Assembly: GCA_029779845.1 (NCBI GenBank)
Contig: JAKOZT010000064.1
Location: 334 to 64,333 of the forward strand
From: Pseudomonadota bacterium
GTDB lineage: Bacteria > Pseudomonadota > Gammaproteobacteria > Burkholderiales > Burkholderiaceae_C
DNA: 64,000 nt
Reading direction: 5' to 3'
Below the pieces are notes generated by a model. It saw only the letters and a list, made by a program, of their open reading frames with translations. It was not told the DNA's origin and searched no databases. Within the stretch, counting starts at the first letter, position 1. Every line of letters starts with the position of its first letter. The translations under genes were made by a program, and so were the position numbers. Of the stretch, positions 26,619 through 34,865 are shown in pieces.

Positions 26619-26991
26619 GGGGATGACCTTTCCTGTATTCGGCCGGCCGGCGCAGCGTGCAGACGTGCCCGGGCGGCCCCCAACGACCAAGACTCCGCGA
26701 GGGCCGTTCTTGCGACGGCGCGCTTCGCGAAGGAGCGAGCGCACAGAGTGCCGCCGCGCCCCCCCGGCGCTGAAACCTGATGTAGGCCGGGGGCTTTGCG
26801 GACATCGCGCGCCGACGCCCGCCCCGTGGTGGATGAGCGCGCGCCGCGAGGGCCGCGCCATGACGATTCATGCACGCCCGGCAACGAGCGGCGACGCGAT
26901 CCGCGCGCTTGTTGCAAACGGCGACGCGGCCGTCAGCGCTGCTGTCGTGCCTGCCGGGAGAAGATCTTGCTGCGGTTCATTTCAGCGCCGT

Positions 26992-27267
26992 TCAGCGCAT
27001 TGCCAGGTGCGTGGCGACGATGATCGGCAGCACCACCATCAGCCAGCCGAGCACGAAGCGGCGCCACACCGCCGGCGCGCCGCGCAGTTCCATGAACTCC
27101 AGCGCGATCGCCAGGCCCTTGCCGAAGGCGAGGCCGAACACGGCGAAGATCGCCCAGGCCGGCGCCGCGCCGGCGCGCGCCTCGCCGATCCACCACGACA
27201 GCGCGGTGGCGGCGAGCATGGCCCACCACAGCCTGTCGATCCTGCGGCGCAGCTTGTCGTCGTTCAT
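26992..27267 (-). CDS. cytochrome c oxidase subunit IV family small membrane protein (NorF-like), 91 aa
   Basis: ATG at 27267-27265 (MNDDKLRRRIDRLWWAMLAATALSWWIGE) overlaps the upstream stop as ATGA. Three hydrophobic segments. Paired with a subunit III family gene. Confidence 0.6.
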   Translation of the reverse strand: MNDDKLRRRIDRLWWAMLAATALSWWIGEARAGAAPAWAIFAVFGLAFGKGLAIALEFMELRGAPAVWRRFVLGWLMVVLPIIVATHLAMR

Positions 27268-27881
27268 CGCAGCACGTAGACCAGGGGGAAGAGAACGACC
27301 CACAGCAGGTCGACCATGTGCCAGAACACCGCCGCCGTCTCCGGCACGTGCGTTCGATCGCCGCCGCCCGCCCAGCCGCGCCGCGGCGCCAGCCAGGCCA
27401 CGCCGGCGAGGAACAGCACGGCCGCGGCGACATGCAGGAAGTGAAAGCCGGTGAGCAGGTAGTACAGCGTCCAGAAGGTGTCGCTGTCGAGGTCGTGGCC
27501 GGCGGCCATCTTGGCGCGGTACTCCAGGCTCTTGGCGACGAGGAAGCACACGCCCAGCGCCGCCGCGCCCCACAGCCAGCGCACGCCTGCTTGCATCCGG
27601 TCGCGCCGCAGCGCCAGCACGCCGCGCACCGCCGCCCAGCTACCGGTCAGCAGCAGCGCGGTGTTGGCCGCGCCCAGGTGCAGGTCGAGCGTCGCCTGCC
27701 CGGCCTGGAACAGCGCCGGCTCGCGCAGCCGCGCCACCGAGAAGACGATGAACATCAGGCCGAAGGTCAGCATCTCGATGCCGACGATGAACCAGATCGC
27801 CAGGTCGCCGGCCAGGCGCGGCTCGGGCAGCGCGGCGGGTCGTTGCAGCGGCAGCGCCGCGGAGGAAGTCATGGCCGCCAT
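27264..27881 (-). CDS. cytochrome c oxidase subunit III family protein (NorE-like), 205 aa
   Basis: Distal part of track ORF 27264..28457. Start MAAMTSSAALPLQ at 27881, or 27872. Typical CoxIII-family helices (FWTLYYLLTGFHFLHVAAAVLFL, AAVFWHMVDLLWVVLFPLVYV). Confidence 0.75.
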   Translation of the reverse strand: MAAMTSSAALPLQRPAALPEPRLAGDLAIWFIVGIEMLTFGLMFIVFSVARLREPALFQAGQATLDLHLGAANTALLLTGSWAAVRGVLALRRDRMQAGVRWLWGAAALGVCFLVAKSLEYRAKMAAGHDLDSDTFWTLYYLLTGFHFLHVAAAVLFLAGVAWLAPRRGWAGGGDRTHVPETAAVFWHMVDLLWVVLFPLVYVLR

Positions 27882-27937
27882 GCTCGGCACATGCCGGCAG
27901 CATGGAATTGACGCAGGGCAAATCCGCGGCCTGGGCC

Positions 27938-28411
27938 CTAGCCTGCCGCCAGCCACGCCTTGATCTGCCGCTGCACGGCCGGCTCCGACAGCCCCGTGCG
28001 CGGGTCGCACAGCACCAGCTCGGGCGGGGGCGGGTCGCCGAAGGCGACCGGCGAATCGTCGAGGATGATGTAGCTCGTCACCGTCGGGTGGCGCGCCAGC
28101 CAGGCCTGGATGCAGGCGTAGCGCTCGCCCTTGGGCGTGCAGCCGAGGTAGCGGTTGCCCAGGCTGCCGAGCAGGTCGCCGATCTCCTCGGGCGTGTGGT
28201 TGAAGCGCCAGTTGGAATGCACCACCACGTACACGTCGTCGTGGCCGGCCAGCAGGCCGGGCAGGATGTCGAACCAGCAGAAGGCGTCGAACCGCACGCG
28301 GGCCAGCGCCGAACCGCGGTGCGCGGCGCGCGCTTCGTCGTCGGTGGCGCAGGGGTGCGTGACGCCGCCGAAGTCGAGGAAGATGACGCGCATGTCCTGA
28401 TGATCCGCCAT
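27938..28411 (-). CDS. HAD-like domain protein with degenerate motif I, 157 aa
   Basis: Complete track ORF starting at ATG 28411 (MADHQDMRVIFLDFGGVTHP). LDFGGV sits where HAD motif I DxDG(T/V) is expected. Normal composition. Confidence 0.5.
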   Translation of the reverse strand: MADHQDMRVIFLDFGGVTHPCATDDEARAAHRGSALARVRFDAFCWFDILPGLLAGHDDVYVVVHSNWRFNHTPEEIGDLLGSLGNRYLGCTPKGERYACIQAWLARHPTVTSYIILDDSPVAFGDPPPPELVLCDPRTGLSEPAVQRQIKAWLAAG

Positions 28412-28482
28412 TCGGCGAGACTAGGGGCGCGCGGCGCCGCCGTCCCTGTGCCAACACAAAACCAAGCGATTGCCGGTTGCGG

Positions 28483-28794
28483 ATGAACGAGCACTCCCAG
28501 ATCCTGCTGCCCGAGGCCTTCCTCGACCTCTACCGCGCCCGCCCGGGCAGCGCGCGGCTCGTGCTGCCGCTGGCCGAAGTGGCCGCGCGCCACGAGCTGT
28601 GCGAAGACCTCGCGCAGGCGCTCACCGAGCACGCCCGCGCGCTGCTGCTCGGCGCGCACATCGCCGAAGACGAAGTGCTGCGCCGCTGCCTCGCCGGCCT
28701 GCGCGCGCAGGGTGCGGGCGTCAGCGAGGCCGAAGCCGTGTGGGTGGTGCGGCGGCTGGCCGAGCTGCTCGAGTGGCAGCAGCCCGAACTGTGA
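28483..28794 (+). CDS. hypothetical protein, 103 aa
   Basis: Track ORF 28477..28794 starts at a TTG; ATG at 28483 (MNEHSQILLPEAFLDLYRARPG). Normal composition, no motif recognised. Confidence 0.45.
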   Translation: MNEHSQILLPEAFLDLYRARPGSARLVLPLAEVAARHELCEDLAQALTEHARALLLGAHIAEDEVLRRCLAGLRAQGAGVSEAEAVWVVRRLAELLEWQQPEL

Positions 28795-28797
28795 CGC

Positions 28798-29631
28798 TCA
28801 GAGATCGCAGCAGTCGAACAGCCCGCTGCCCAGGTCGTGGCGCGAGCCGCGCACGCAATACCCGGCGGGCGCCGCTGGCGTCTTGACGGGCTTCACCGCC
28901 CCCGCCGCGCCGCCGCGCGCGCCCGCGCCGAAGCTCACCTCCGGCACCGGCAGGTCGACCGCCTTGCACAGCCCGGCCACGTCCAGCAGCACCAGCTGGC
29001 GCCCGCTGCCGCCCAGCAGCCCCTCGCGGCGGAACGCGCTCAGCAGGCGCGACAGCGTCACCGGCGTCACGTTCAGCTGCTTGGCCAGCACGTTGCCGTT
29101 GACCGGCAGCGCCAGCCAGTTGCTGCCCTGCTGCATGTGCAGGCTCACCAGGTAGCCCACCAGCCGCTGGCCGGATTTGCCGGTGGTCAGCAGGTCGATG
29201 CGGTTGACCGACTGGTGCACCCGGTTCGAGATCGAGGTCAGGAAGGCGAACGCCAGCTCGGGCACCGTGTGCGAGAGCTCGCGCAGCCGCTGCCCCGACA
29301 GGCGCCACACCACGCTGGCCGTCTGCGCGCGCGCCGACACGGGGTAGCGCCCCGGCTCGGCGAACATCACCGTCTCGGCGATCACGTGGGTGGACTGCAT
29401 CACGCGGAACACCTTCTCGTCGCCGTCGTAGGCCGGGCGGTACAGCACGATGCCGCCCGACTCCACCACGTAGAAGTGCTGCGCCTCGTCCTCCATCTCG
29501 AAGAGGTGCTCGCGCGCGCCCAGCTTGAGACGCAGCGCGTCTTGCGTCAATTGCTCCAGCTCGGCCGGCGCGAGGCTGCGGAACGCGGGCGCCTGCGCCA
29601 ACGCCTGCTGCAGGAACTGCTTGTTGGCCAT
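28798..29631 (-). CDS. Crp/Fnr family transcriptional regulator with ~45-aa Cys-containing C-terminal extension
   Basis: ATG at 29631-29629 (MANKQFLQQALAQAPAFRSL). cNMP-binding-like N-terminal domain. HTH is NVLAKQLNVTPVTLSRLLSAFRREGLL. Tail is ..PAGYCVRGSRHDLGSGLFDCCDL. Confidence 0.8.
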   Translation of the reverse strand: MANKQFLQQALAQAPAFRSLAPAELEQLTQDALRLKLGAREHLFEMEDEAQHFYVVESGGIVLYRPAYDGDEKVFRVMQSTHVIAETVMFAEPGRYPVSARAQTASVVWRLSGQRLRELSHTVPELAFAFLTSISNRVHQSVNRIDLLTTGKSGQRLVGYLVSLHMQQGSNWLALPVNGNVLAKQLNVTPVTLSRLLSAFRREGLLGGSGRQLVLLDVAGLCKAVDLPVPEVSFGAGARGGAAGAVKPVKTPAAPAGYCVRGSRHDLGSGLFDCCDL

Positions 29632-29686
29632 CTCAACCCCCCTCGAAGCGCCGCACCGGGAAGGTGCCGTTGCACGCACAATAGAT

Positions 29687-29705
29687 GAGATTGATTCTCA
29701 TTTCA
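29687..29705. promoter_or_regulatory. Fur-box-like site
   Basis: The reverse complement TGAAATGAGAATCAATCTC matches the Fur consensus GATAATGATAATCATTATC at 13/19 by hand alignment. It shares the core AAATGAGAATCAWTCT with the site at 34789-34807. It lies 56-74 nt upstream of the Crp/Fnr-family start. Confidence 0.5.
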
Positions 29706-29791
29706 ACTTCTTAAAGCCCTGTACTCGAAGGGTATCCGGCGCTCGAACCCCGGGGCGCTCGCCCATCTTCCCAGCCCCGGCGCACGGAACG

Positions 29792-29809
29792 CTTAACAAA
29801 TGATGTTGG
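29792..29809 (+). promoter_or_regulatory. conserved AT-rich 18-mer CTTAACAAATGATGTTGG (copy 1)
   Basis: 17/18 identical to 34745-34762. Contains the inverted half-sites AACA-N5-TGTT. Lies 190 nt upstream of the 29999 gene. Confidence 0.4.
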
Positions 29810-29998
29810 GAGATGGCGGCAAGTCGCGGACGATACATGAATGCGAATCGCTTGCATCTCCGTCGCGACAGGGTCCGGCCGGCAAGGCCGGGGAGCGGCG
29901 ATCGGAATCGAGCTGTCGGCCGCTTCCCTGGGGGTCGGCGGTCTTTCTCTGTTGTGGACCCCCGCCTGACTGCAGTTTCACTGCAGAAGGAGATCAGC

Positions 29999-30556
29999 AT
30001 GAAGAAGCGTTTCATTCCCAAGCTGGCGGCCACGGCCGCAGCGGTGCTGGCCATCGGCAGCACTGGGCTCGCAGCGGCGGGTACGCCGAACCTCAACCTC
30101 TCGGGCAAGGTTGCATCGACCAAGCTGTACGTGCGGACCACCCCCGCTGGCGCGGTGCAAGGCACGTATTGCAGTCCCGTCAATTGGACGTGGAACCTCA
30201 CGGGCGGCAACGGCACGGTGACGGCCTCCGACGGTTGCCTCAATCCCACGGGCGGCGGGTCTTCCATCTACTACGAGATCTGGTCCGACTCGTCGATGAC
30301 CTCGAAGGATCTGACGGTGACGCACATCAGCGGCGGCCTTTATCACGTCGACTACTACTTCGTCATCCACTATCCCGGCGGGGATCGACAGTTCAGCACC
30401 TGGAATTGCCTGGATCTCACGCTGAGTGGCACCAACCTCACCGTGTTCACGCCGGATTGCGATAGCAGTGGCGTCTACGGGCGCGTCATCCCGGCCAACG
30501 CCTCCAATCCGCCTCTCCCCTTCGGCGCCATCGAACAGGAGTGGGTCTCGCCCTGA
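29999..30556 (+). CDS. hypothetical secreted protein, 185 aa
   Basis: AAGGAG at 29987-29992, then ATG at 29999. Signal-peptide-like MKKRFIPKLAATAAAVLAIGSTGLAAAG. Four Cys residues. Visibly lower GC than the flanks. Confidence 0.7.
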   Translation: MKKRFIPKLAATAAAVLAIGSTGLAAAGTPNLNLSGKVASTKLYVRTTPAGAVQGTYCSPVNWTWNLTGGNGTVTASDGCLNPTGGGSSIYYEIWSDSSMTSKDLTVTHISGGLYHVDYYFVIHYPGGDRQFSTWNCLDLTLSGTNLTVFTPDCDSSGVYGRVIPANASNPPLPFGAIEQEWVSP

Positions 30557-30572
30557 ACCTCTCCTGATCCGC

Positions 30573-30602
30573 ACGGCCGGCCCTGCTTGCGGGGCCGGCC
30601 GT
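30573..30602 (+). terminator. strong GC hairpin downstream of the 185-aa gene (possible terminator or attenuator)
   Basis: ACGGCCGGCCC-tgcttgcg-GGGCCGGCCGT, an 11-bp perfect stem. T-rich sequence (CCCGTTCTTTTTGTTCTCTCTT) follows only about 20 nt later, so this is not a textbook terminator. Confidence 0.4.
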
Positions 30603-30658
30603 TGCCGCCTCACTGACTTCCCGTTCTTTTTGTTCTCTCTTGCACTGCGCACTCCGTC

Positions 30659-32740
30659 ATGAATAAAACCTGCCCTTCGCCCCGCTCCCGCCTGTACGTC
30701 GCGGTGGCGCTGTTCGCTTTGTCCGCTGCGCAGGTCGCGCAAGCCGCACCCACCGGCCAGTACTTCGGTCGCTACCAGATCACGATGAACAGCCCGGTCA
30801 ACGCGCTGTCGCCGGCGCCGTGGCGGGTCAAGGGCACCGACACCACCTACATGGTGCTGGGCTGGAGCGAGCAGCCATCCTTCTGGTTGTGGGACTTCGA
30901 CAAGAAGACCATTTCCGTCTCGGGCGGCACGCTATGGGCACTCAATTCGATGCCGCCTCCCTATGCGCTGTACAGCCCGACGCACGTGCGCGACCCCAAC
31001 CAGAAGCTGCGCTCCAACAGCCTCACGCCCTCGGACCTGACGGGCGAGTTGATCGCCAATGCCGACGGCACCTACACCGTGCGCTTCGCCTACGGGATTT
31101 ACCTGCAACTTGCGGGTTGGCCGCAAACGCTCATCGAAGCCAAGGTACGGGTGGAAGAGCAGGCCGACGGCACGCTGAAGATCACCACGCTCGACGAAGC
31201 GCCGGACAGCGTAGTGATTCCACAAGACTTCTTCCCGGATGGTGGCTACAACGCCGCGGGCAGCCAGGACGTGAGCTTGTATGTGGCCTCCGGCGGCTCA
31301 CGCAAGGACGGCATCCCGGGCGTCATCAAGCCCAGCACAGCGGAAGACAAGGCGAACGGTGCATTCCCCTTCCGCGTCTCGCCGCAGTGGGACAGCGAGC
31401 GTATGGTGAAGATCGACGCGACCAAGGACAGCAACAAGGACGCCATCCCCGACGCGGTGGCGCTGGCGCTGGGCCTGAACCCCTACGTGGCCGACACCGA
31501 CGGCGACGGCATTTCCGACAAAGACGAGATCGGCCCGAACTGGCAGGAGCCCGTCGACACGGATCAGGACGGCATTCCCGACGTGCTGGAGCCCGGCGAC
31601 GCGGCCAAGAACTTCAGAGTCGTCGGCAACGCCATGCTGGCCAACAACGAACGGGTGACGGTGCAGGTGCTGGACGGGGAGCGCTTCGGTACCAAGGACT
31701 TCCCCACCGGAGTGATGACCAAGCCGCTGGAGCCGCGCTGGAAGAACATCGCTGAACTGCTGGTGGCCTTCCTGTTCGGCGAGAAGAGCCCGCTGCCCGA
31801 GAAGGATGCCGATGGCGTGGCCTACAACTACGACCTCGGCCGCCTGACCTACCACATCTCCGAGGCCTACACGCCCTACGCCACGTACACCGTAACGCGC
31901 ACTTCCTTTTCACAAGTCCTGGCCACGCAGAACTCCCTCGCGGTGTACAGGAACGCCGTGACTCAGGCCCAAGCGACTTACGACGCCGATCCGACGGACG
32001 CCAACAAGGCTGACCTGGACCTCAAGAAGAAACAGGTGGCCGATACGGAAGCCTTGCTGGCCAAGGCCATCCGACTCAGTGCGCGGGTCCGCGACGTCTA
32101 CCGCCAGCGCATCATCGACCACCTCGGCATCGAGTTCCTCAGCGTCACGACGTATGCCGAATTCATGGCGCTGATCACGAGCAAAGGCATCGACCCCGAG
32201 AAACTGCGCAAGAACGCCGACGTTCGCATCACCTTCCACAACGGCATTCCGAAGGGCTTGAAGCTGTTCTGGACCACCGAGTTCGGTGCGCTCGCTCCGC
32301 TGCCCGCCGACATCGTTCCCTCTCGGAAGGTCGGCCGCGCCGGGAGCGGCTGGAGCGGTGTGCAAGCCAACAACGTTCCATTCGAAGTGCTGGAGGATGG
32401 CAAGACCATCAAACTGGGGTTCCGGGATAACGGCTACGCTGTGACGCCCAGTTTCGTCTACGGTAGCAGTGGCACCCTGGACGCCACCAGCAGTGAGGAA
32501 GACTTCCTGAACGCATCGGGATTCGTCTCCCACCGCATCGTCCTCGCCCACACCGAAACCGCCCGCCCCGCATTGGTCTTCACCGACCCCAACCCGCCCG
32601 CCACCAACGACGGCGGCAGCGACGGCGGTGGCGGTGGCGCGCTCGATGGCTACTCGCTCGCCGCCGGCCTGCTGGCGCTGCTCGGCCTGGGCCTGCCGCG
32701 TCTGCGGCAGCGCTTCGCACGCGCCCGCCGCGTGCAGTAG
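30659..32740 (+). CDS. secreted protein with thrombospondin type-3-like Ca-binding repeats and GlyGly-CTERM-like sorting tail, 693 aa
   Basis: Complete track ORF. Signal peptide LYVAVALFALSAAQVAQA. Repeats DTDGDGISDKDE and DTDQDGIPD. C-terminus is GGSDGGGGGALDGYSLAAGLLALLGLGLPRLRQRFARARR (Gly run, hydrophobic helix, basic cluster). Paralogous to 37079..38416. Confidence 0.8.
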   Translation: MNKTCPSPRSRLYVAVALFALSAAQVAQAAPTGQYFGRYQITMNSPVNALSPAPWRVKGTDTTYMVLGWSEQPSFWLWDFDKKTISVSGGTLWALNSMPPPYALYSPTHVRDPNQKLRSNSLTPSDLTGELIANADGTYTVRFAYGIYLQLAGWPQTLIEAKVRVEEQADGTLKITTLDEAPDSVVIPQDFFPDGGYNAAGSQDVSLYVASGGSRKDGIPGVIKPSTAEDKANGAFPFRVSPQWDSERMVKIDATKDSNKDAIPDAVALALGLNPYVADTDGDGISDKDEIGPNWQEPVDTDQDGIPDVLEPGDAAKNFRVVGNAMLANNERVTVQVLDGERFGTKDFPTGVMTKPLEPRWKNIAELLVAFLFGEKSPLPEKDADGVAYNYDLGRLTYHISEAYTPYATYTVTRTSFSQVLATQNSLAVYRNAVTQAQATYDADPTDANKADLDLKKKQVADTEALLAKAIRLSARVRDVYRQRIIDHLGIEFLSVTTYAEFMALITSKGIDPEKLRKNADVRITFHNGIPKGLKLFWTTEFGALAPLPADIVPSRKVGRAGSGWSGVQANNVPFEVLEDGKTIKLGFRDNGYAVTPSFVYGSSGTLDATSSEEDFLNASGFVSHRIVLAHTETARPALVFTDPNPPATNDGGSDGGGGGALDGYSLAAGLLALLGLGLPRLRQRFARARRVQ

Positions 32741-32777
32741 GCGGCCCACCCGCGCGGCGGCTCGCGCGCCCATCGCC

Positions 32778-33149
32778 ATGAGCCCCGCCGCGCGGCGCCG
32801 CTCCACCGGCTTCACGCTGGTGGAGGTGCTGGTGGCGCTGAGCATGGTGGCCGTCGCGCTGATGGCCGGCTTCAAGGCCAGCCAGGCGGCGGTGACGGGG
32901 GTGGAGCGGCAGTCGCAGCTGCTGCTCGCGCAGCTGTGCGTCGAGAACGAGCTGGCGCGCCTGCGCCTGGCCGCGCAGCTGCCCGGCGTCGGCATCAGCG
33001 AGGCGGCCTGCGAGCAGGGCGGCCGCGCTTTCGTGCTGCGCACGCAGGCGATGCCCACGCCCAACCGCCAGTTCCGCCGCGTCACCGCGCAGGCGCTCGA
33101 CGGCGATGCCCACGTGGTGCTGGGCGTCACCACCGTGGTGGGGCGCTGA
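32778..33149 (+). CDS. gspI: type II secretion minor pseudopilin GspI-like, 123 aa
   Basis: Prepilin-type N-terminus MSPAARRRSTGFTLVEVLVALSMVAVALMAG. Size and position ahead of J/K-like genes fit GspI. Confidence 0.7.
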   Translation: MSPAARRRSTGFTLVEVLVALSMVAVALMAGFKASQAAVTGVERQSQLLLAQLCVENELARLRLAAQLPGVGISEAACEQGGRAFVLRTQAMPTPNRQFRRVTAQALDGDAHVVLGVTTVVGR

Positions 33150-33151
33150 GC

Positions 33152-33811
33152 ATGCCAGCCCGCGCGCGCCGCGCCGGCCTCACCCTGGTGGAGGTACTGG
33201 TGGCGCTGTTCGTGATGAGCCTGATGACCGCGCTGAGCTGGCGCTCGGTCGACGCGATGCTGCGCGGCTGGGCCGCCGGCCGCCTGATGGGCGACGAGCT
33301 GCGCGCCGTGCAGGCCGGCCTGGGCCAGTGGGAGGCCGACATGGATGCGCTGGTGGAAACCGGCGTCGTCAGCGCGCTGGAGTTCGACGGCCTGGCGCTG
33401 CGCATGACGCGCGCCAACCGCCCCCGCCCCGGCGAGGGCCGCCTGGTGGTGGCCTGGGCGCTGCGTCCGGGCGCCGACGGCGCGCCGCGCTGGACGCGCT
33501 GGCAGTCGCCGCCGCTGCACACGCGCGCGCAGCTGCAGCAGGCCTGGCAGCAGGCCGCGCTGTGGGCCCAGGGGCATGGTGGCGCGGCGGCCGGCGCGAC
33601 GCCGGTGGCCCTGGCCGGCGCCTGGAGCGTGCTGTACTTTCGCGGCGGCGCGTGGAGCAACGCCTTGTCGTCGGCCGACCGGGGGCCGGTCACCGTGGTG
33701 CCGCTGCCCGACGCGGTGCAGCTCACGCTCGACCTCGCCCCCGGCCACGCCGTCGGCGGGCGGCTGGTGAAGGTGTGGGTGCGGCCGGACTTCGCGGGGA
33801 GGGCGGCATGA
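33152..33811 (+). CDS. gspJ: type II secretion minor pseudopilin GspJ-like, 219 aa
   Basis: MPARARRAGLTLVEVLVALFVMSLMTALSW prepilin-type N-terminus. The gene starts 2 nt after the gspI-like stop. Confidence 0.65.
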   Translation: MPARARRAGLTLVEVLVALFVMSLMTALSWRSVDAMLRGWAAGRLMGDELRAVQAGLGQWEADMDALVETGVVSALEFDGLALRMTRANRPRPGEGRLVVAWALRPGADGAPRWTRWQSPPLHTRAQLQQAWQQAALWAQGHGGAAAGATPVALAGAWSVLYFRGGAWSNALSSADRGPVTVVPLPDAVQLTLDLAPGHAVGGRLVKVWVRPDFAGRAA

Positions 33812-34749
33812 AGAAAGGCCAGCAGGGGGCGGCGATTCTTCTGGCGATGCTGGTGGTGGCGCTGGTGTCCACGCTGGCCGCATCGGCGGTGTGGCGCCAG
33901 CAGCTCGACGTGGAGGTGGAGACGGCCGAGCGCGGCCGCATGCAGGCGCGCTGGGTGCTCACCGGCGCGCTCGACTGGGCGCGCACGCTGCTGCGCGAGG
34001 ACGGGCGCACCAGCACGGTCGACCACCTGGGCGAGCCCTGGGCCGTGCCCTTGCAGGAGGCCCGGCTGTCGGCCTTCCTGGCCGCCGATGCGGCTGACGA
34101 AGCGGGCATGCCGATGGCCTTTCTGTCCGGCCGGCTGCTGGACATGCAGGCACGCCTGAACGTGAACGACCTCGCCAACGGCGGCGCGCCGGTGCCCGAG
34201 GTGGTGGCGATGTTCGAGCGGCTGTTCGACCGCCTCGGGCTGCCGCGCGCCGAGCTGGCCGCGCTGGCGGCCGCGGTGGCGCGCGCCGATGCCGGCGAGC
34301 GGGCCGGCGCTGATGCGCCGCTGCCGCTGTGGCAATTGGCCGATCTGCTCGACCTGGGCGTCGGCGAGGCCACGCTGCAGCGCCTGGCGCCCTACGTGGC
34401 GGTGCTGCCGCTGCGCAGCCCGGTGAACCTGAACACCGCGCCGCCGGAGGTGCTGTACGCGAGCCTGCCGGGCCTCGAATGGGCGGACGCGCTGCGCCTC
34501 GCGCTGCAGCGCGAGCGCAAGCCCTTCGGCTCGATCCGCGACGCCGCCGCCGCGCTGTCGTCGCCGCAAGCCGCGGCGCTGTCGCCGATGCTGCACGGCA
34601 CCTCCACGCGCTACTTCGAGGCCACGCTGCGCCTGCGCCTCGATGCCCTGGAACTCGAGGAGCGCGCGGTGCTGTTCCGCAACGGCCTGAACGTGCGCCC
34701 GCTGTGGCGGCGGGCCGGCCCGGCTGCGGCCGGGCAGCCCGACTCTTAA
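33808..34749 (+). CDS. gspK: type II secretion minor pseudopilin GspK-like, 313 aa
   Basis: The ATG overlaps the upstream stop (ATGA at 33808-33811). MKKGQQGAAILLAMLVVALVSTLAASAVW and the motifs LGEPWA, VNLNTAPPEVL are typical of GspK. Confidence 0.7.
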   Translation: MKKGQQGAAILLAMLVVALVSTLAASAVWRQQLDVEVETAERGRMQARWVLTGALDWARTLLREDGRTSTVDHLGEPWAVPLQEARLSAFLAADAADEAGMPMAFLSGRLLDMQARLNVNDLANGGAPVPEVVAMFERLFDRLGLPRAELAALAAAVARADAGERAGADAPLPLWQLADLLDLGVGEATLQRLAPYVAVLPLRSPVNLNTAPPEVLYASLPGLEWADALRLALQRERKPFGSIRDAAAALSSPQAAALSPMLHGTSTRYFEATLRLRLDALELEERAVLFRNGLNVRPLWRRAGPAAAGQPDS

Positions 34750-34762
34750 CAATTGATGTTGG
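34745..34762 (+). promoter_or_regulatory. conserved AT-rich 18-mer CTTAACAATTGATGTTGG (copy 2)
   Basis: 17/18 identical to 29792-29809. Overlaps the gspK-like TAA stop. Lies 27 nt upstream of the Fur box and 104 nt upstream of the TonB-receptor ATG. Confidence 0.4.
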
Positions 34763-34788
34763 TGCCGCAGCAGCTTCGGGGCAAAATA

Positions 34789-34807
34789 GCAAATGAGAAT
34801 CATTCTT
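34789..34807 (+). promoter_or_regulatory. Fur box
   Basis: GCAAATGAGAATCATTCTT matches GATAATGATAATCATTATC at 14/19 by hand alignment. Lies 59 nt upstream of the TonB-dependent receptor start. Confidence 0.65.
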
Positions 34808-34865
34808 GTCTGATCGTGCGATCGATGGTGATCGGCGCGCCCAGCTCGCTCACGCTCTGCCGCCG

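Noticed and set aside
26619-26991. 373-bp apparently non-coding gap between the lipoprotein gene start and the coxIV-family gene stop; possible small gene or RNA
   Set aside because: The track ORFs here (26603..26917, 26796..27023) are Arg-rich junk, and I could not recognise any tRNA, riboswitch or repeat structure by eye. Left unannotated; an Rfam/cmscan search would be needed.
29838-29856. Third Fur-like site (ATGAATGCGAATCGCTTGC), positioned after the 18-mer as in the TonB-receptor promoter
   Set aside because: Only about 10/19 matches to the Fur consensus by hand alignment, which is too weak to call without a PWM score or binding data.
29698-30465. ORFs 29698..30267 (minus) and 29800..30465 (plus) overlapping the 29999..30556 gene
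   Set aside because: They have no SD and odd composition. The 29999 frame has AAGGAG, a signal peptide and normal composition.
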